DNA of 64,000 nucleotides from Octopus bimaculoides. Taxonomy: Eukaryota. Position 1 is the stretch's first letter. Each line of letters begins with the position of its first letter. Positions 62,380 to 64,000 of the stretch are shown piece after piece. The stretch lies in assembly GCF_001194135.2 (NCBI RefSeq), contig NC_068982.1, positions 37,469,357-37,533,356 of the forward strand, in the 5' to 3' direction. A program made the position numbers and the translations under genes. The notes under the pieces were generated by a model. The model made no database searches. It saw nothing but the letters and a program-made list of their open reading frames with translations, and was not told where the DNA came from.

Positions 62380-63578
62380 GTATGGTTTCAATTTAATTTT
62401 ATAAACATTTCCTTTTATCTGGTTTGATATGAACTGAATTTTTCAAGTCAACCAATCCATTACATACTAGATGACTTGGTGTTTCTATGAATATTATCTC
62501 TCTGACAGTCCTTCAGTTAAACTTGTAAATGTTTATTCATTGTACACTCTTCCAGTTTTCCTTTTTGCAAAACCATAAATATACCGGGAGAAAAATAGGT
62601 CTCCATTGAAATGGTATGAACTCTAGATCTTTGAGGAATTGTTTAATGAATAAAGCAGACAACTAATCTCACTCAAAATAAGTTATATGGATTGCATCAT
62701 TCTCTGTGTTTTTCTTTTCACCATTATCTTCATTGTCAGTTTTTATATGTTTAACCATACTTACACAGGTCACAATGGCTTGTTGTGCGCATATTTATAA
62801 CACTAAATTTTGTAATCTCTGATCTAACATTGCTACTATACTTTCAATACTCTATTTCTAATTGTACTCTATCTTTAAAATAAATGAGCAATAAAGGACT
62901 GAACAGTGAAATATTTTTGTAGTAGTTGGAATCTACTCACCTGCTATGTTAAGATTTAATATAATGTATACTTTCTTTAATTCAATGATTTATTATAGAA
63001 ATTACTTCTGTTTAGCAGTGTTTTTTTTTTTAAAAAAAACTTGTGAGAGTGAACTGGTTGGTTTTATCATTGAAAAGTTACTTTCACAAAATGAAGAATC
63101 GTTTAAGTATGTTTTTTTTGCTGATTGTCTGTCTCTTTTTAAAAACAGAGTAAGGGTTCATATCCCACCTAGATCGAGACATTTATTTCTATAAACAACA
63201 TAAATTTCCTGAGCAGCTGCAGGAAATCACAACTTTTTAGAGAAATTTTCTATTGCTTGAATTGTCACACTATGTTTTGCTAAAATAGTTCCCTAAGTGG
63301 CAAGAATTATTCTTTAACTTCATGAATAGCTGTTTTGATTCATAAACTTTCAATTTACCGTATTTTGAGTCAATAAATTAGATACCTCAGATTTAGAAAA
63401 AGACTAATGTCGTTGACACTTTTCCTATCAGAGTGAAATAAATAATTATTGATTCATTCATTCATTATACAAAATTAGCAGTTTGTTAATACCTCTCAAG
63501 TATTAAGCTAAATGAAATTGTTTTGAAATTCAAAGAACAATCTAATAGAGAGTTGCATTTTTTTCATGTATATTTCAG

Positions 63579-63667
63579 GTTCTTATCAATGTCGTGCTGG
63601 CTGGGCTTCAATGGATAAACCTCAGTTAATATTCAAAAATGTGACTGCTAAACAGAGAGGGAAAAAG
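63579..63667 (+). CDS. ACTR5: Actin-related protein 5, second coding exon
   Basis: TATTTCAG|GT TCT TAT...: [30 protein letters not shown] completes DNGSxxxRAGW; donor AAG|GTATTT; the gene continues beyond the window. Confidence 0.87.
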
Positions 63668-63778
63668 GTATTTTTCATATAAAATATAATTTTTTTTTTT
63701 AAACCTCATTAAAATTCAAAAACTAAGACTTTATAGAAGACAAAATATCTTAGTATCTGTTCAAAGCAATAGTTTTTA

Positions 63779-64000
63779 TCATCATCATCATCGTTTAACG
63801 TCCACTTTCCATGCTAGCATGGGTTGGACGATTTGACTGAGGACTGGTGAAACCGGATGGCAACACCAGGCTCCAGTCTAATTTGGCAGAGTTTCTACAG
63901 CTGGATGCCCTTCCTAACGCCAACCACTCAGAGAGTGTAGTGGGTGCTTTTACGTGTCACCCGCACGAAAACGGCCACGCTTGAAATGGTGTCTTTTATG
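63779..64000 (-). mobile_element. RTE 3' tail, young copy, runs off the window
   Basis: Reverse complement of 881-1078 with very few differences. Confidence 0.92.

Overview
AT-rich, repeat-dense animal genomic DNA with several N gaps. The RTE LINE, tRNA-derived SINE and microsatellite content suggests an octopus or other coleoid cephalopod; this is an inference from repeat style only. Most of the window is decayed mobile DNA: RTE LINEs, at least three SINE families, mariner, maT and hAT relics, and piggyBac-like and hAT MITEs. No intact autonomous element is visible. The host coding exons are all on the + strand: (1) a THAP-domain module (7232-7726 + 26822-27222), (2) a single-exon Crypton-type tyrosine-recombinase/DUF3504 module that looks catalytically dead (34755-36295), (3) a BTB/POZ module (48053-48215 + 50535-51515), and (4) the first two coding exons of ACTR5/Arp5 (62250-62379, 63579-63667). 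The main hypothesis is that (1)-(3) may be one gene. Both the THAP module and the DUF3504 exon end in GTAAG donors in phase 2, matching the phase of the BTB exon acceptor, which is open in frame upstream of its own ATG. A CpG-rich island with a GTGAGT donor at 37266 could supply a third, non-coding first exon. That would give alternative transposon-derived N-terminal modules on a shared BTB body. The splice joins are read from sequence only and need RNA evidence. Repeat boundaries are approximate unless a TSD or TIR is quoted.
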